NCBI GenBank assembly: GCA_951406725.2
Contig: OX597824.1
Location: 84,878,001-84,942,000 of the forward strand
From: Octopus vulgaris
Taxonomy: Eukaryota
Direction: 5' to 3'
DNA: 64,000 bases
Shown here: positions 12,295-24,823 of the stretch, one piece after another
How positions within the stretch are numbered: position 1 is the first letter of the stretch
How the letters are laid out: each line of letters starts with the position of its first letter
Notes under the pieces: generated by a model
What the model saw: the letters and a program-made list of their open reading frames with translations, nothing else
Told to the model about the DNA's origin: nothing
The model's database searches: none
Made by a program: the position numbers and the translations under genes

Positions 12295-12862
12295 CCACCA
12301 TGAGGTCCAGTCTTTGTCACATTGTGGTGGCTTGTGTGCCTCAATGACCCTCAGAGCTATGCCAGCAGAGCACCAGAACCTGGTAGGGCTTCCCGTGCTG
12401 GATAGGTCAAAGGACAGAGGCCAGACTAATATGGACTGCTATTTCTTAAAGGTAAAAATGGGTTTGCATGGAGACAACACCACTTATTTAGAAAAATGCA
12501 AAGTATTCCCAGTGGCACACTGTGTCCTAAAGCAAGACACTTCATTTCATGTTGCTCCAGTTCACTCAACTGGCAAAAATGAGTTGTACTTGGAATTCAA
12601 GGTTGCCAGCTTTGTTATATTCAGAGTGCCATGCTGAATCTCTCTGAGAACTACGTTAAGAGTACGCATGTCTGTGGAGTACTAAGCCACTTGCACATTA
12701 AATTCACGAGCAGGCTGTTCTGTTGGTCAGATCAACTGGAACACTTGTTATAACTGACAAAGTGCCAAGACTTGGGAGAGAGAGGACAGTTCAGCATCAA
12801 GGCAGTGAAGAAAAGCTGTTGATGGCCAATGCTTCACAGGGAACAAAGGGCTTAAGCAAGTG
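12295..12862 (+). mobile_element. Non-autonomous bipartite RTE (5'UTR plus 3' tail) interrupted by a SINE D-related fragment (~12505-12768)
   Basis: 5' part ggcttgtgtgcctcaatgaccctcagagctatgcc...ggtagggcttccc...aggtcaaagg...gaggccagactaa resembles RTE 5'UTRs. 3' part gatggccaatgcttcacagggaacaaagggcttaagcaagt resembles an RTE tail. TSD cattca(a/c)tgat at 12284-12294 and 12863-12873. Confidence 0.65.
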
Positions 12863-13925
12863 CATTCACTGATGTTATTAAGTATTCAGACAAAAGTAAA
12901 AACTTTGGTTAAATACTAACAACTCAATAATAGGAGTAGAGAAGTTTAGAAACTCATTTAATTTATGTTATCAGAAGGGAAAAAAGAAATAATAAAAAAA
13001 TTATTTGGTTCATATTCCATATTTATAGCAACTTGTGGGCGTCTTGGAGTAAAGCTGAATTACCAACAAGCCAAATTGTGATCCATTTTGATTTACATCA
13101 ACAGCTACTCAACTTCATCTTGTGTTGTTACTAATGCCCTTGACAACAGGATGGATGTCCTGATCTTATTTCTGCCTATATAAACCTAAGGCCCCGCAAC
13201 TGAAGAAATCAATATTTGTACCTGCTTATGTCTTCTCGAATAACATGTAGTAAGAATGATGTGTAAAGTTACAAGACATTTGTAGCTAAGCCATTCATAT
13301 GACAAAAGTTGTTTTCCTAGTTTAAAAAAAAAAAAAAAAAAAAAAAATGTTTCTTGAAAGTCCCCTACTGTAATGGCATGCAAGACATGCAGTTAGCTGT
13401 TGTAAGCAGCTACTAGTTAGAATCCTCATTAACAACAACAACAACCACTACAACACTAGCAACAATAACAAGTCAGCCAGCCAAGTCAACCAGAAATAGC
13501 TTTGACATAACCAAATACATAGACATAATGGTTGAATGCCAAGAGATATATTTATGAGTACAATACAATGAACAAAGAATTCTGGTGTGTGCAAGAGTAT
13601 AGAAGGTACAAAAGAAGTTGAATTACTAATAAATGAAACAACAGGATTAAGTACAAGTCACACTGGGAAACTATGATTAAGCAGAGTCACAGTAGGAAAT
13701 CTGAGATAAATATCTAAATGTGAATAAAGAAATACAGGAAAATAATTTAGAATACTGGATATGAAAATTAGAATAATTTCGCTGTATCTTGGGCGGGTCA
13801 TTATGCCAATAATAAACATATGCACTGGTTCTATTTCACTTATTATTATTATTAGCCAATTCATTAACAATTTACCCAATCATTCAGTTAGGTTTGCAAA
13901 CCTCAATGACATGCACTCCCCACTC

Positions 13926-14211
13926 TCAGCGTCGAGAGGGTGAGCTGATTCGCAATGTCCTCCTCCTACCTCCACTTCCCAGCTGGTGCAAACGCACAGG
14001 AGGACAGCTGAAGACCTGGGCAACAACGATAAAAGAGGACCTCTCCGAACTGTCAGGTCCGCGGGTGGTTGGTCTGTGCAGATGGAACCGCGAATGGCTC
14101 GTTATCTCCAGTGACCTCGCACGGGACCGTCATGGTTCGTGATGCCGTTAGGACCAGAGAAGAAGCCGGCTCAACCCGCCCTGGGTGAACGCCGTCACAA
14201 ATACAAGTAAA
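13926..14211 (+). mobile_element. 5'-truncated RTE-like LINE 3' end
   Basis: KRTGGQLKTWATTIKEDL...LARDR motif, GC/CpG-rich so probably young. Perfect 13-bp TSD gcactccccactc at 13913-13925 and 14212-14224. Confidence 0.88.
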
Positions 14212-15758
14212 GCACTCCCCACTCCAGGTCTTCTTTGGGTCCATCTGTTTCATAGTTTACAGGTTCTATATTTATAGAATAATTTCCATTTCGGTAATAA
14301 GCCTTGAGGCTAAAGTGGAGGCTGACTAAGGCCATAAGTTCAGTCACTACTAGAGTTAGTATGTTGTGCCCTCACCACCTTTCTCTCAGAAGCCTGATAG
14401 ACATATAGTATCAATGTTACTTTTGTTAATGAAAGTGCTCATCCTTTATTATCATGAGAGGCAATTTTTCCAATCATCTCGTATTTACCTTAAAGCCTAA
14501 AATGTCAATGTCATAATTTTCTAAATTTAAATTTTTGAACTGATTACACAGAAAGCATAAGTTAAGGTGATCCTGGTTGTAAAGGATTGAAACAACTGCA
14601 TAGCTGTACCAAATGACAGCAGACCTGGCAAATTTCATGTCAATAATCACTGAACCAATGTCACTTGATCCTCACAGTGTAGTTACCAAATTTCTGTACT
14701 ACATTTCAAGATTAAAACATTTTTAAAACCTCATGAAATGCTAATCAAATAAAAAGTCCATGCCAGAGATGTGCTTAAGCAGATATGACCAGCTCTACTA
14801 CCAAACAATAATGAACCAAATATATGTTTCTAACATCTAGTCCATCAATAGTTGATGTAATAGTCTAAAGATGATTACACAACCAAGTAAATTAATTATA
14901 TGCTGGAATAGTAATAACGGTCTATCTCCAAGCTAGATCATAATGTCATGGGAAAGTGCAGAGACCAGTGATCTAAATGGCTCTGACAACTTCCTTCTGC
15001 ATGCTAAATTAGCCTATGGCTTTAAGTTGTTCCAAAAATAAATTAATCATACAAATAGAGTTTCTTTGTCTCAAAACTCAGAAGTCAACATATACAAACT
15101 GGTTCACAGAAAGTTTGGCAAATTGCCTTCAGAAAGTTGTGCTTCTGAATAGCACTCCTGTAACACTTTGCTGAAAGCTTATAATATTTAAGAGGTGACT
15201 CAAGATTGGATTTTAGGTCAAATTCACACATCATTGTACTAGTTAGTGGTTACAAAATAATAACTCTACTACCGAATGGCCTGTTCTGTTTCCTTGTGGA
15301 GCATAGTGTGCAGTAGCAACACATTGCTGAAGTAACGGAACAAAGTTATTGTATGTATGTGATGGTAGAAAGTTGCAACAACAGCTGAATAGCTCAACAA
15401 GAGGCTTGAAAAGGTGTGGGAGTGAAATAATTTGATGCACAAAAGGTCACAGCTTAACATGTTTCACCATTTGTCTTGATATATGATGTCAATATCTCAC
15501 TTGTTCAAAGCATGATCATCTACCTTAGCACAAGAATTCAAAGCCAAAATATAGTTGGTATTAACATCAGTAAATGTTTCGAAAGGAATAAATCAAAAGT
15601 GTGCAATATTGTCTGATAACCATTTTAGATACTTATTTCTTAGATGTCTCTGACAAAACATACCAGTAAGTAAAAGAAAAAAGGTTAACTGATAAGTGAT
15701 GAATGTACAAAAAAAAAAAAAACCCACTAATTGGATAAAGTTTCTTTTTCTGTTTTAC

Positions 15759-15907
15759 AGGTGTGGCTGTGTGATTGAGAAGCTTGCTTCCTAACCATAT
15801 GATCTTTGGTTCAGTCTCATTGTGGAGTACCTTGGGCAAGTGTCTTCTACTATAGCCATGGGGTGACCAAAGCCATGTGAGTGAATCTGATAAACAGAAA
15901 CTGAAAA

Positions 15908-15956
<49 letters not shown>

Positions 15957-16182
15957 CGCGCCCTTTGTCTAGACATCACACGATGGTTGTAACGAGCATC
16001 ACCATCATACAAGTGATGTTGATCATTTCCAGTCTTCTGTGAAAAAGAGGTCTGGCCATGGGGAAATATCATCTTGCTTGGAAACAGGTGAGAGGTGATG
16101 ACAAGAAGGGCATCCTACCGTAGAAAATCTGATTCAATGAATTTCATCTGAAGCATGGAAATGCTGACATTAAATAATGATG
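15759..16182 (+). mobile_element. Composite SINE: family B head, (TG)n(CG)n linker, family C-type tail
   Basis: ggtgtggctgtgtg...ccttgggcaagtgtcttc head, then aagaagggcatcc...agcatggaaa...taatgatga tail. Same architecture near 41600-41970, 51450-52000 and 43105-43660(-). Confidence 0.75.
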
Positions 16183-16194
16183 ACTTTTACTCTA

Positions 16195-16615
16195 TCATCA
16201 TCATTATCATCATCGTTTAACGTCTGCTTTCCATGCTAGCATAGGTTGGACGATTTAACTGAGGACTGGCGAACCAGACTCCAATCTGATCGGGCAGAGT
16301 TTCTACAGCTGGATGCCCTTCATAACGCCAACCACTCCCAGAGTGTAGTGGGTGCTTTTACATGCCACCGGCACGAGGGCCAGTTAGGTGGTACTGGCAA
16401 CGGACACGTTCAAATGGTGCTTATGTGCCACCTGCACAGGAGCCAGTCCAGCGGCACTGGCAACGACCTAGCTCGAATGTTTTTTTCACATGCCACCAGC
16501 ATAAGTGCTAGTAAGGCGATGCAGGTAACGATCATGCTTGTTGCTCTGGCAACGATCTCACTCATATGGTACTCTTAGCACTCCACTAGTAACGGATGCC
16601 AGTCTACGAGTTTGA
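16195..16615 (-). mobile_element. SINE family C
   Basis: Core, tail and multiple internal units as in the other C copies. Confidence 0.85.
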
Positions 16616-17344
16616 TTTCAATTTATGTTCTATAAATATTTCTACATAAGTAAGACTTTTAGAAATTTGAACATTTACATGTTGAGAGGATAGGGGTTGT
16701 AGCTCCCAAGTTACATGTCTTCCTACGGTTACTTACACCAGGAGTACAATACAGAGGTTATAGAAACAAATGCATCTTGATTCTCCAGTTATGTTGCTTT
16801 ATTGCATAAAAAAAAAAATACAACTTGTGTAATAATCACTTAAGTAGATTTTGATAATGACCAATCTTTTATCAATTTCTTTACCATGTGTTGTTACAAG
16901 CTCCTTGAGATAGTTACTTGGTGACATTGACCTTACCTCCAGTACTGATATTCAATTGACCCCTAACAGCAATGGGGCTTTAAAACCCTACTATCTGTGC
17001 CAGTGATATCATATTCAATGAACTTTGATATGTACTTCGACTTTAAGTTACTTTCAAATACAGCACAACAAACACAGCAGTTACTGACTTAGACACTTTA
17101 GACTAGATTAGTCTTCACTATTAAGTGAAAGAGAGAAAAAAAAGAAAGTTGAATCACTCTACATACTGTATATTCAACAATATTCACAGAAGGTAGGTGG
17201 GGTAATCTAAAATTATTGGAACAGACAACAAAATCATTTACTTAATGAATATTTAAACTGGTGAAATTTCTGAATTATTCTAAACATACTTCTCCCTTCA
17301 TTTATCTTCTCAATAAAATAACCCAAAAAGGAAAGTTTACTTAC

Positions 17345-17413
17345 CTGATAACCACATGTACAAGGGAAGAAATTTTTATCATCTATTTCCAGAGGATCCA
17401 TACATAGTGGACA
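17345..17413 (-). CDS. CNOT4: CNOT4 coding exon 2 (first half of RING: CPLCMDPLEIDDKNFFPCTCGYQ)
   Basis: Acceptor ctgttttcAG (17414-17415), donor GTaagt (17344-17343), 69 nt, phase 0-0. Confidence 0.97.
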
Positions 17414-17511
17414 CTGAAAACAGAAAATACATTGAACAGATACTTTAATATCTATAGTCAAGATGGTTTAAAAATTGTTTTAAAAATCGCACAAATGTAA
17501 AATCTTAGTTT

Positions 17512-17813
17512 CTTATTTCCTTATTGCCCACAAGGGGCTAAACATAGAGGGGACAAACAAGGACAAGGTCAATTACATCGAGCCCAGTGCGTAACTGGTA
17601 CTTAATTTATCGACCCCGAAAGGATGAAAGGCAAAGTCGACCTCGGCAGAATTTGAACTCAGAACAAAGGCAGACAAAATATCTATTTCTTTACTACCCA
17701 CAAGGGGCTAAACACTGAGGGGACAAACAAGGACAGACAAATGGATTAAGTCGATTATATCGACCCCAGTGCGTAACTGGTACTTATTTAATCGACCCTG
17801 AAAAGATGAAAGG
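17512..17813 (-). mobile_element. SINE family A tandem dimer (5'-truncated)
   Basis: Two consecutive ctatttcttta..cccacaaggggctaaaca...gaaaggatgaaaggc modules. Confidence 0.8.
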
Positions 17814-18240
17814 CTGTAACCTTTTTGTCACTAATGTCTCAGCAGAAACCATGAAGGTGGCTGTAAATGAATGGCATCATCTTCATACAAAGAAGGTTGT
17901 TTGTCTCCAGTTTTCCAAGAAAAACGTCAAGCTATGGGAAAATATTACCTTGCTTGGAAACCAGTGAGGGTTGGTGACAGGAAAGGTGGACATCAAATGA
18001 TAACAAAAATCAGCTTAAAAGTATATCTGTAACCTTTTTGTAACTAATGTCTCAGCAGAAACCATGAGCAGAATGATGAAAGATTTGCTAAAATGTAGCA
18101 TTAATTAATGAAATTACTGAAGAAAACTACCATTAAACAACTGACAATAAAGAATTAGAATAAAGATTTGACTTGTTAAGGAGGTTATATTCAATAATGA
18201 AAGAATTCAATAACAAACAGTAGTAAAACAGATTACTTAC

Positions 18241-18264
18241 CTCTATTTGATCTTCACCAGACAT
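18241..18264 (-). CDS. CNOT4: CNOT4 first coding exon (MSGEDQIE); whole exon about 18241-18288 including 5'UTR
   Basis: ATG at 18264-18262, donor GTaagt (18240-18239), acceptor aatgtttcAG (18289-18290) with an upstream pyrimidine tract. Splices in frame to CPLC, giving ..E-CPLC as in NOT4. Confidence 0.85.
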
Positions 18265-18883
18265 GATTTTTGGATTTCTAGTTCAGTTCTGAAACATTTA
18301 GAAAATAAAAGGACATTCTTAATACAGTAAACTGTTATGATTATCAAGGAAAATGTTAATGACAACTGCTCTAAATATATACAATATCACTGCCAAATTT
18401 AAACAGAGGGGGAGTGAAAATATAACTAGAAATTCTTTGCGAGACACCAAAAAAAATTTTGGTACATTGACATTAGTTGAATTAAAAATAAAAAAGAGAA
18501 AAAGAATTGTTGAATGTCACATTACTGACTATAGCCATTACAGTCACATTTTCTCACACACCAAGGACATAACTCACCAACCCCAGCTTCGTACATTTAT
18601 AAATTATGTGGTACTGCAAGCACCAATTGTTGTACCAAACAAATCTTCCAACATCAACATGGCTATTCATCTACCACACAAAAGCATCGCAGACTTCATA
18701 ATGACGTACACTCAGCAGATGAAGGACAAAAACTAAAGTGAAAAGATAACTGCAAGCACACCAAGAGTATGGGATGATCTGAGAGTTGTTTGGATGCTCA
18801 CAATCTGGCATGGATGACTGAACATTCAATGTGTTTTGGCTGACAGTACATTTTGACACTGAAGTCAAACATACAGAGAAATG

Positions 18884-19114
18884 TATTTCTTTACTACCCA
18901 CAAAGGGCTAAACACAGATGAGACAAACAAGGACAGACAGACGGATTAAGTCGATTATATCGACCCCAGTGCGTAACTGGTACTTAATTTATCGACCCTG
19001 AAAGGATGAAAGGCAAAGTCGACCTCGGCAGAAATTGAACTCACAACATGAAGGCAGACGAAATACCGCTCAGCATTTCGCCCGACGTGCTAACGATTCT
19101 CCCAGCTCGCCGCC
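18884..19114 (-). mobile_element. SINE family A, full-length CpG-rich copy
   Basis: Collinear with 5622-5854. TSD acatacagaga at 18869-18879 and 19117-19127. Confidence 0.9.
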
Positions 19115-19469
19115 ACACATACAGAGATAGGGAGAAGAGAGAAAGGCATTACACATACATAAAAACATAATTGCTCACACAAGATAGAGAGAGAGAGAGA
19201 GAGAGAAAATGAGGGAAACCTTAAAACATCTGTAGTCAAAAGTCAGCGGCAAATCAGCGATGCCAAATAGGCAGCGCCAAAATGTTTCATACACTCCTAG
19301 AATACATGGATTATGGCAACCAATATCTGGATGCCAAAATGTCACAAATTTCAATCAGTCTAAACAACATTCTCTAGTACACATACATATACACAGACAC
19401 ACACAAATTGGAAAACTATTTAGATGTACAAAGTGCATGGTTTATGGTTACAGCTTGTTCCAACATTAA

Positions 19470-21190
19470 CCCTTTACTGTTTAGACTGGCCAAAACTTCC
19501 CCTTTATCTGTTTGAACTGGCCAAGTTCGACTATTTGATTCTTCTACGAAATCGGTAAAAACAAAATAAAATAAACCAATCGCATTATTGAATTCTCCTA
19601 GCTGTGAGATAATGCAAGATAAAGCCTTTCTTGCTTTTATTCAAGTAAAAATAAAGTGAAATTTTTTAGACTTCTTGGTTTTGTCAATATTTGAAGTATA
19701 TAAGTTTTTAACAATATGGCATCAGCAAGTAGCAATTCCAACTTTGAAGGTTTTAGTCTTGATGATGTACAAAATATAAATAAAAACAACAGTGATTTGT
19801 CTTTGGACAAATCATATTGATATTTATGAATCATCGCCGGATGAGGAAGATTTTGATAAGGAAAGTGATAAAAAATGGAAGTGATGAAAATGATATTGAA
19901 AACATAGTGGCAACATGGTTGAAGATTACATCAACCACAATTCCCAATTTCACAGAAAAGACTAGTCCACAATAAAAGTCTACTTCCCGATGCTCATACA
20001 TTGGACTATTTATTTTTACCAAAAAGTTTTTTTTTTCTTTAACTGTCACAGAGGCAACAAATATGCTCAACACACAATTTCTATTCGTGGAAGACCCAAT
20101 CCACTACGGCAACCAACTGATACTGCAGAAATGCAAACTTTTTTTTACTCTAAACATTGTTTGGTATGAAGCAGCTTCCTCAACTGTAGAACTACTGGAA
20201 TCCTGATATAAGGTATGGTGATCCACGTATCTCCAGCATTGTCTAACTGACATTGCATCTCAGTTATGTGAGGACTTTTCTTCCAGAAAGCACAGAACTA
20301 GGAGAAAAGCAAAATTAACTGAGGCAGATATTAGAGAAAATATTCACTTCCATAAAGTGGTATAAAATGGACGAAAAAAAAGTTTGCAGACTGTATTCAC
20401 AACAAAAAACAAAAACTGTGATAGGATATCAGGTTCAGACCTCATATATGTATTTGTTTTGCAAAGTGCTTTGGCAGTTTTATGATAGAAATATAGCATA
20501 ACTATATTTTGTTGTTTGATAGTAATATTATCATATATTCCTTTCATTTTATTACAAATTAATAAGTGAAAGTGAGAAATACATTAATTTTCAGTATGTT
20601 ACACACCTGTATTCACTTTTGCCTCACCTGTTAATGAGCTTTTTATATTTGATGTATTCTGTTACGAAAATGCATTCATTAAATTGTATAAGGATACATA
20701 GCCAATTGTATATTGACTAGTAAAATAGTTTTATACTTTATTTTCAATGAAAATGTTTCAATGAAATATAGAGAAAGAATAAAATCTACCGATTACACCT
20801 GTATTTTAATTCATTCATATTAATGTACCTCATCTTGAAAAGTGGCAAAATTATTGGCAGTTGACATCTGGGATAATTTTAGTAATAAATTGAACAAGTA
20901 AGATGCATTAAGAATTTCAATTTTTGTGTTTATCCATAATGTTATTGCTTTTACACATGTTAATTAAATTTACCTGCCCATAAAAGTCAAATTTAATCAG
21001 CAAGATCAGCTAAAATTACATAACTATAATCCACTGGTATATAAGCACCCACTGACAAAATTTCAAATCTATATGTAAAAAATTAACAAAGTTACAAGTA
21101 AATATTGTGGACACCCCTCTTGAACCTGAATTCAAATTAACGCGAACAAATAAGCATCACATTCAACAGATTAATCTGAACACTAAATGG
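19470..21190 (+). mobile_element. Decayed, internally deleted piggyBac transposon
   Basis: TTAA at 19466-19469 and 21191-21194, ends cccttta.../...taaatgg. Frameshifted remnants: acidic N-terminus (DEEDFDKESDKNGSDENDIEN..W), PTDTAEMQTFF and KQLPQL*NYW motifs, and a Cys-rich C-terminus near 20370-20480. Confidence 0.75.
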
Positions 21191-22339
21191 TTAAAGTCCA
21201 TGTCTAACCACAAATACATTAGACTGCAACATATTTTAAATTTATCTCTGCCATGTAAATGTAGACAAACAGCATATACTCTAAAATAAGAGAATAGATT
21301 TTCAATCTCACGAGACAATCAGTGTTGATTTACAAAGCACTTCTAATAAATTCCAAGGAATTTAAACTTACCAAACAACTAAATCATTCTTTCTAATCTC
21401 TTATGCAACCATCCACACAACCAACTACTGTGTGACTTTTGTACATACACAGTACAAACAAGATTTAAGCATATTTAAGGTACGGTGATAATAGAATGCT
21501 CCTACACATTCAACTGGTTATAAACTACAAAGATTTGTTTCACTAAAGCTGAGCAGGTCACTGAACAATTGCTACAGAAATGTATGTTATACTATGACAA
21601 ACACACACACAGGTGTAAAGAAAGGTTTAAAGAGAGTGAAGGAGAAAAAATTAATACATGAAAAAACTTATTCTGGCATTCACTTTCCTGAACAGGAAAT
21701 GAATTTTTTTTTTTTTTTAACAGCTCTTAACATTAATTTTTCTTCTTTCCTTTTACTAGTTTCAGTCATTGTACTTTAATAACACAGTCAATTACATCAG
21801 CCCAGGACTGCTGGTACTAACTGTACAGACTCCTGCAGAATGAAGAACAAAGTTGTCTCGGGCAGAAGTTGGGAAAACAAAACAGATGGTACAACAAAAC
21901 TGAAAGTAAAGATTGTTCTGTTATATCTATTTGTTCAGCAATTTCTGTAAAAAAAAAAAAGTTGTTTTTTTTGTTTTTTTTTTGCTTTCAGTTCTCAGCA
22001 ACATACAGTCACACACATATACCAACTGTCTTTCACGCCCATGAGTGAATTGAATAGTGAAACACATACACGCACCTTATTTTTTTTCACAAATTACTTG
22101 TTAGTATTTTTTATGTATGTATGTGTTTATGTATACGTAAATATATGTATGTATAAATCTGTGTATGAACTCTAAAAATTAAAGACATAAAAATTTTTTA
22201 CCAAAATAGTCAAACAAATAGATAAAACACAATGCTCTTTGGGTTTAGCTTTGTGATACCATCTCTAAAGGGTGGCCCACAAGATAAATACTACAAGCAA
22301 GCATTAAACTCCATACTGCTTGATTTGGCCACCCCACCA

Positions 22340-22600
22340 CATCATCATTGTTTAACGTCTGTTTTCCGTGCTAGCACGGGTTGGACGGTTCGACCGGGGT
22401 CTGGGAAGCCAGGGGCTGCACCAGGCTCCAGTCTGATCTGGCAGTGTTTCTACAGCTGGATGCCCTTCCTAACGCCAACCACTCCGCGAGTGTAGTGGGT
22501 GCTTTTTACATGCCACCTGCACAGGTGCCAGGGGGGGGGGGGTCTGGCATCGGCCACGATCGGTTGGTGCTTTTAACGTGCCACCGGCACGGAAGCCAGC
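22340..22600 (-). mobile_element. SINE family C
   Basis: Core and tail shared with the other C copies. Confidence 0.85.
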
Positions 22601-24604
22601 CACCTGAAAATGATTTAAGAAAATTTGGAATTTACAATTACGAAAGCAAAATTTTAATGCAAAGTATTGTGGTAGTGTGATGAACTCACAATCACAAGAT
22701 CATGGTTTTCATTCTTGGACTGAGCAGTGCAGTGTTCTTGAGCAAAACACTTCATTTCATGTTGGTCCAATCCACTCAGCTGTAAATGAGTGACCCTGCA
22801 ATGGACTGGCATCCGATTTAAGGGAGAATTTTGTGACCCCAGTCACCTACATACTATGAAAACTGAGTAACTATGAGTCCAAAGACTTGAGTGATGCCCA
22901 GAGGATAGTGATGATGATGATAAAACAGCGAATTTTCTATAGGCACCAGATGGTGGATTATACTCTCAGTGTCAACACAGAAATGTATTGTAGTAGAATT
23001 GTTTTTTGAGACAATGGTACAGTAGTAGATTCAAAATATATAAGCCACTTTATACCTTAATTTATGAAAATGTCACTAATTCTCAACACAATAATCATTG
23101 CACGCTCCACAAGGACTTATTAGTTATTGGATTATTAAATTTTACAAACAAACAATACTTATTACTAATAGCTCACTAATTAACATTTCATTAACTAGAG
23201 CAAAAACAAATTTTTTTTATACCCTTTTACAAATGCTAATAATGTCTGATTTAGGTATTCTGTTATACTGGACCAATTGTTTTTCACAAGGGAATGACCT
23301 TCATGTAAAGAAAAAAATATATATTTCTTAAAATAAACCCTTCAAATTTTCATAACAAGCAAAGTGAAGTGTATTTCCTGGGGCTAAAATACTAGCTGTA
23401 AAAAATGAAAACTAATGACTATGTTATCAGTTGTAGTCTAGTAATTATGAAGAGCAACGAGGCTTTTATTTATTTATTTATTTATTTCAAGTGGATGTCA
23501 TTCAATAAGGCACTACTGTACCATAAAAGTAATTGAAGAAATCTTTTACAATGACCGGGACGACGATATTGATAAAAGAACATTCTTAATGTCAAATGCA
23601 TCCTTCAACGCTTGAGAAATGTTCCTGGTGCTGCAGTCACAATAAGCAAACACAGAAATTGACCGATACGAAGGACAGACATCAAAATATGAAAGACTGA
23701 GTCACAGCCTGAACAGGATATAAATGCAGCTGCAGCTGTTGCTGGCATGAATATGACTAGAAGGATTCTAGTTTATACACCTCGGTCTATGTTAATAAGG
23801 AAAGAGATGATGTAATTATGAGGATACAATAAATGAAGAACCTTAGAAGTGAACATTTATCTCTTACTTGTTTGTCACTGAACTGTGGACATGCTGGGGC
23901 ACTGCCTTGAAAGGTTTTTAGTTAGAACAAATTGACCCCAGTACTGCCAAACTAAGTTATGGGGGTCTCAAACCAACACTGACTGTCAGGCAGTAGAGGG
24001 GGGACGAACCACAAAGACACACTCAAACACACAAATACATCCAACAAGTTTCAAAACAGATTCCATCTACGAAACTCTCACTAGGCATTGCTTGGCCCAG
24101 GGCAACAGAAGACACTTGCCCAAAGTGTCACACACAATGGTACTGAATTTGAAACCACGTGGTTACAAAGCAAGCTTTTTAACCACCCATATGAATAATG
24201 GTGAAAATACCAAATGTGATTATTGTAATTCTCTCCGATTCTGAACCAATTTTTGGCATCAAATTAAACCTGGGAAGAAATATAATGTTGAAGTACAAGA
24301 CTAAAAGCAGCATGCTGTTCATTAGGAAATATTTGATTGGTTTTAAGAAGACTCTACACAGACTGAATCAACAGGTTAAGAGAAAATTTGTCCTTCATTG
24401 AAATTACTAGTACTACACATATTTTCCTAACATCTACACCAACTCTCCCAAATTACTTCCACCATGTTGCTCCTTTTTTTTATATACAACACTATCTTAT
24501 AACTGACTTTAGCTGCTACAACAATTTTATATGAATATGAAAGTAGCAGGCCCAAATACAACTTTTATATCTTCATTACAAGCCAAATGAGGGAGTCTCT
24601 ACAT

Positions 24605-24823
24605 CAGTGGTTTTCAACCAGGGTTCCGCGGAACCTTAGGGTTCCGCCAGTACATTCCAGGGGTTCCACAAGAAATTACAAAAATGCTAAAATCGACAGT
24701 AATTTTTAAGTCTCCTGTGCAGATATGTGTGCATGAGACAATTAAATTATTGCACAGGGGTTCCTCGAGCCAGTGGAATGTTTCCTTGGGGTTCCGCTCC
24801 AGCAAAAAGGTTGAAAAGCACTG
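24605..24823. mobile_element. hAT-type MITE
   Basis: TIRs cagtggttttcaacc / ggttgaaaagcactg. 8-bp TSD ctctacat / ctttacat (7/8). Multiple subterminal gggttcc repeats. Confidence 0.88.

Noticed and set aside
16680-16810. Possible extra exon or snoRNA in the RING intron (minus-strand gtaagt near 16731)
   Set aside because: No convincing acceptor or box C/D or H/ACA layout, and the RING halves join perfectly without it.
18353-18736. 127-aa ORF upstream of the CNOT4 start exon
   Set aside because: No recognisable domain or splice support. Likely a chance ORF or decayed LINE in AT-rich intron.
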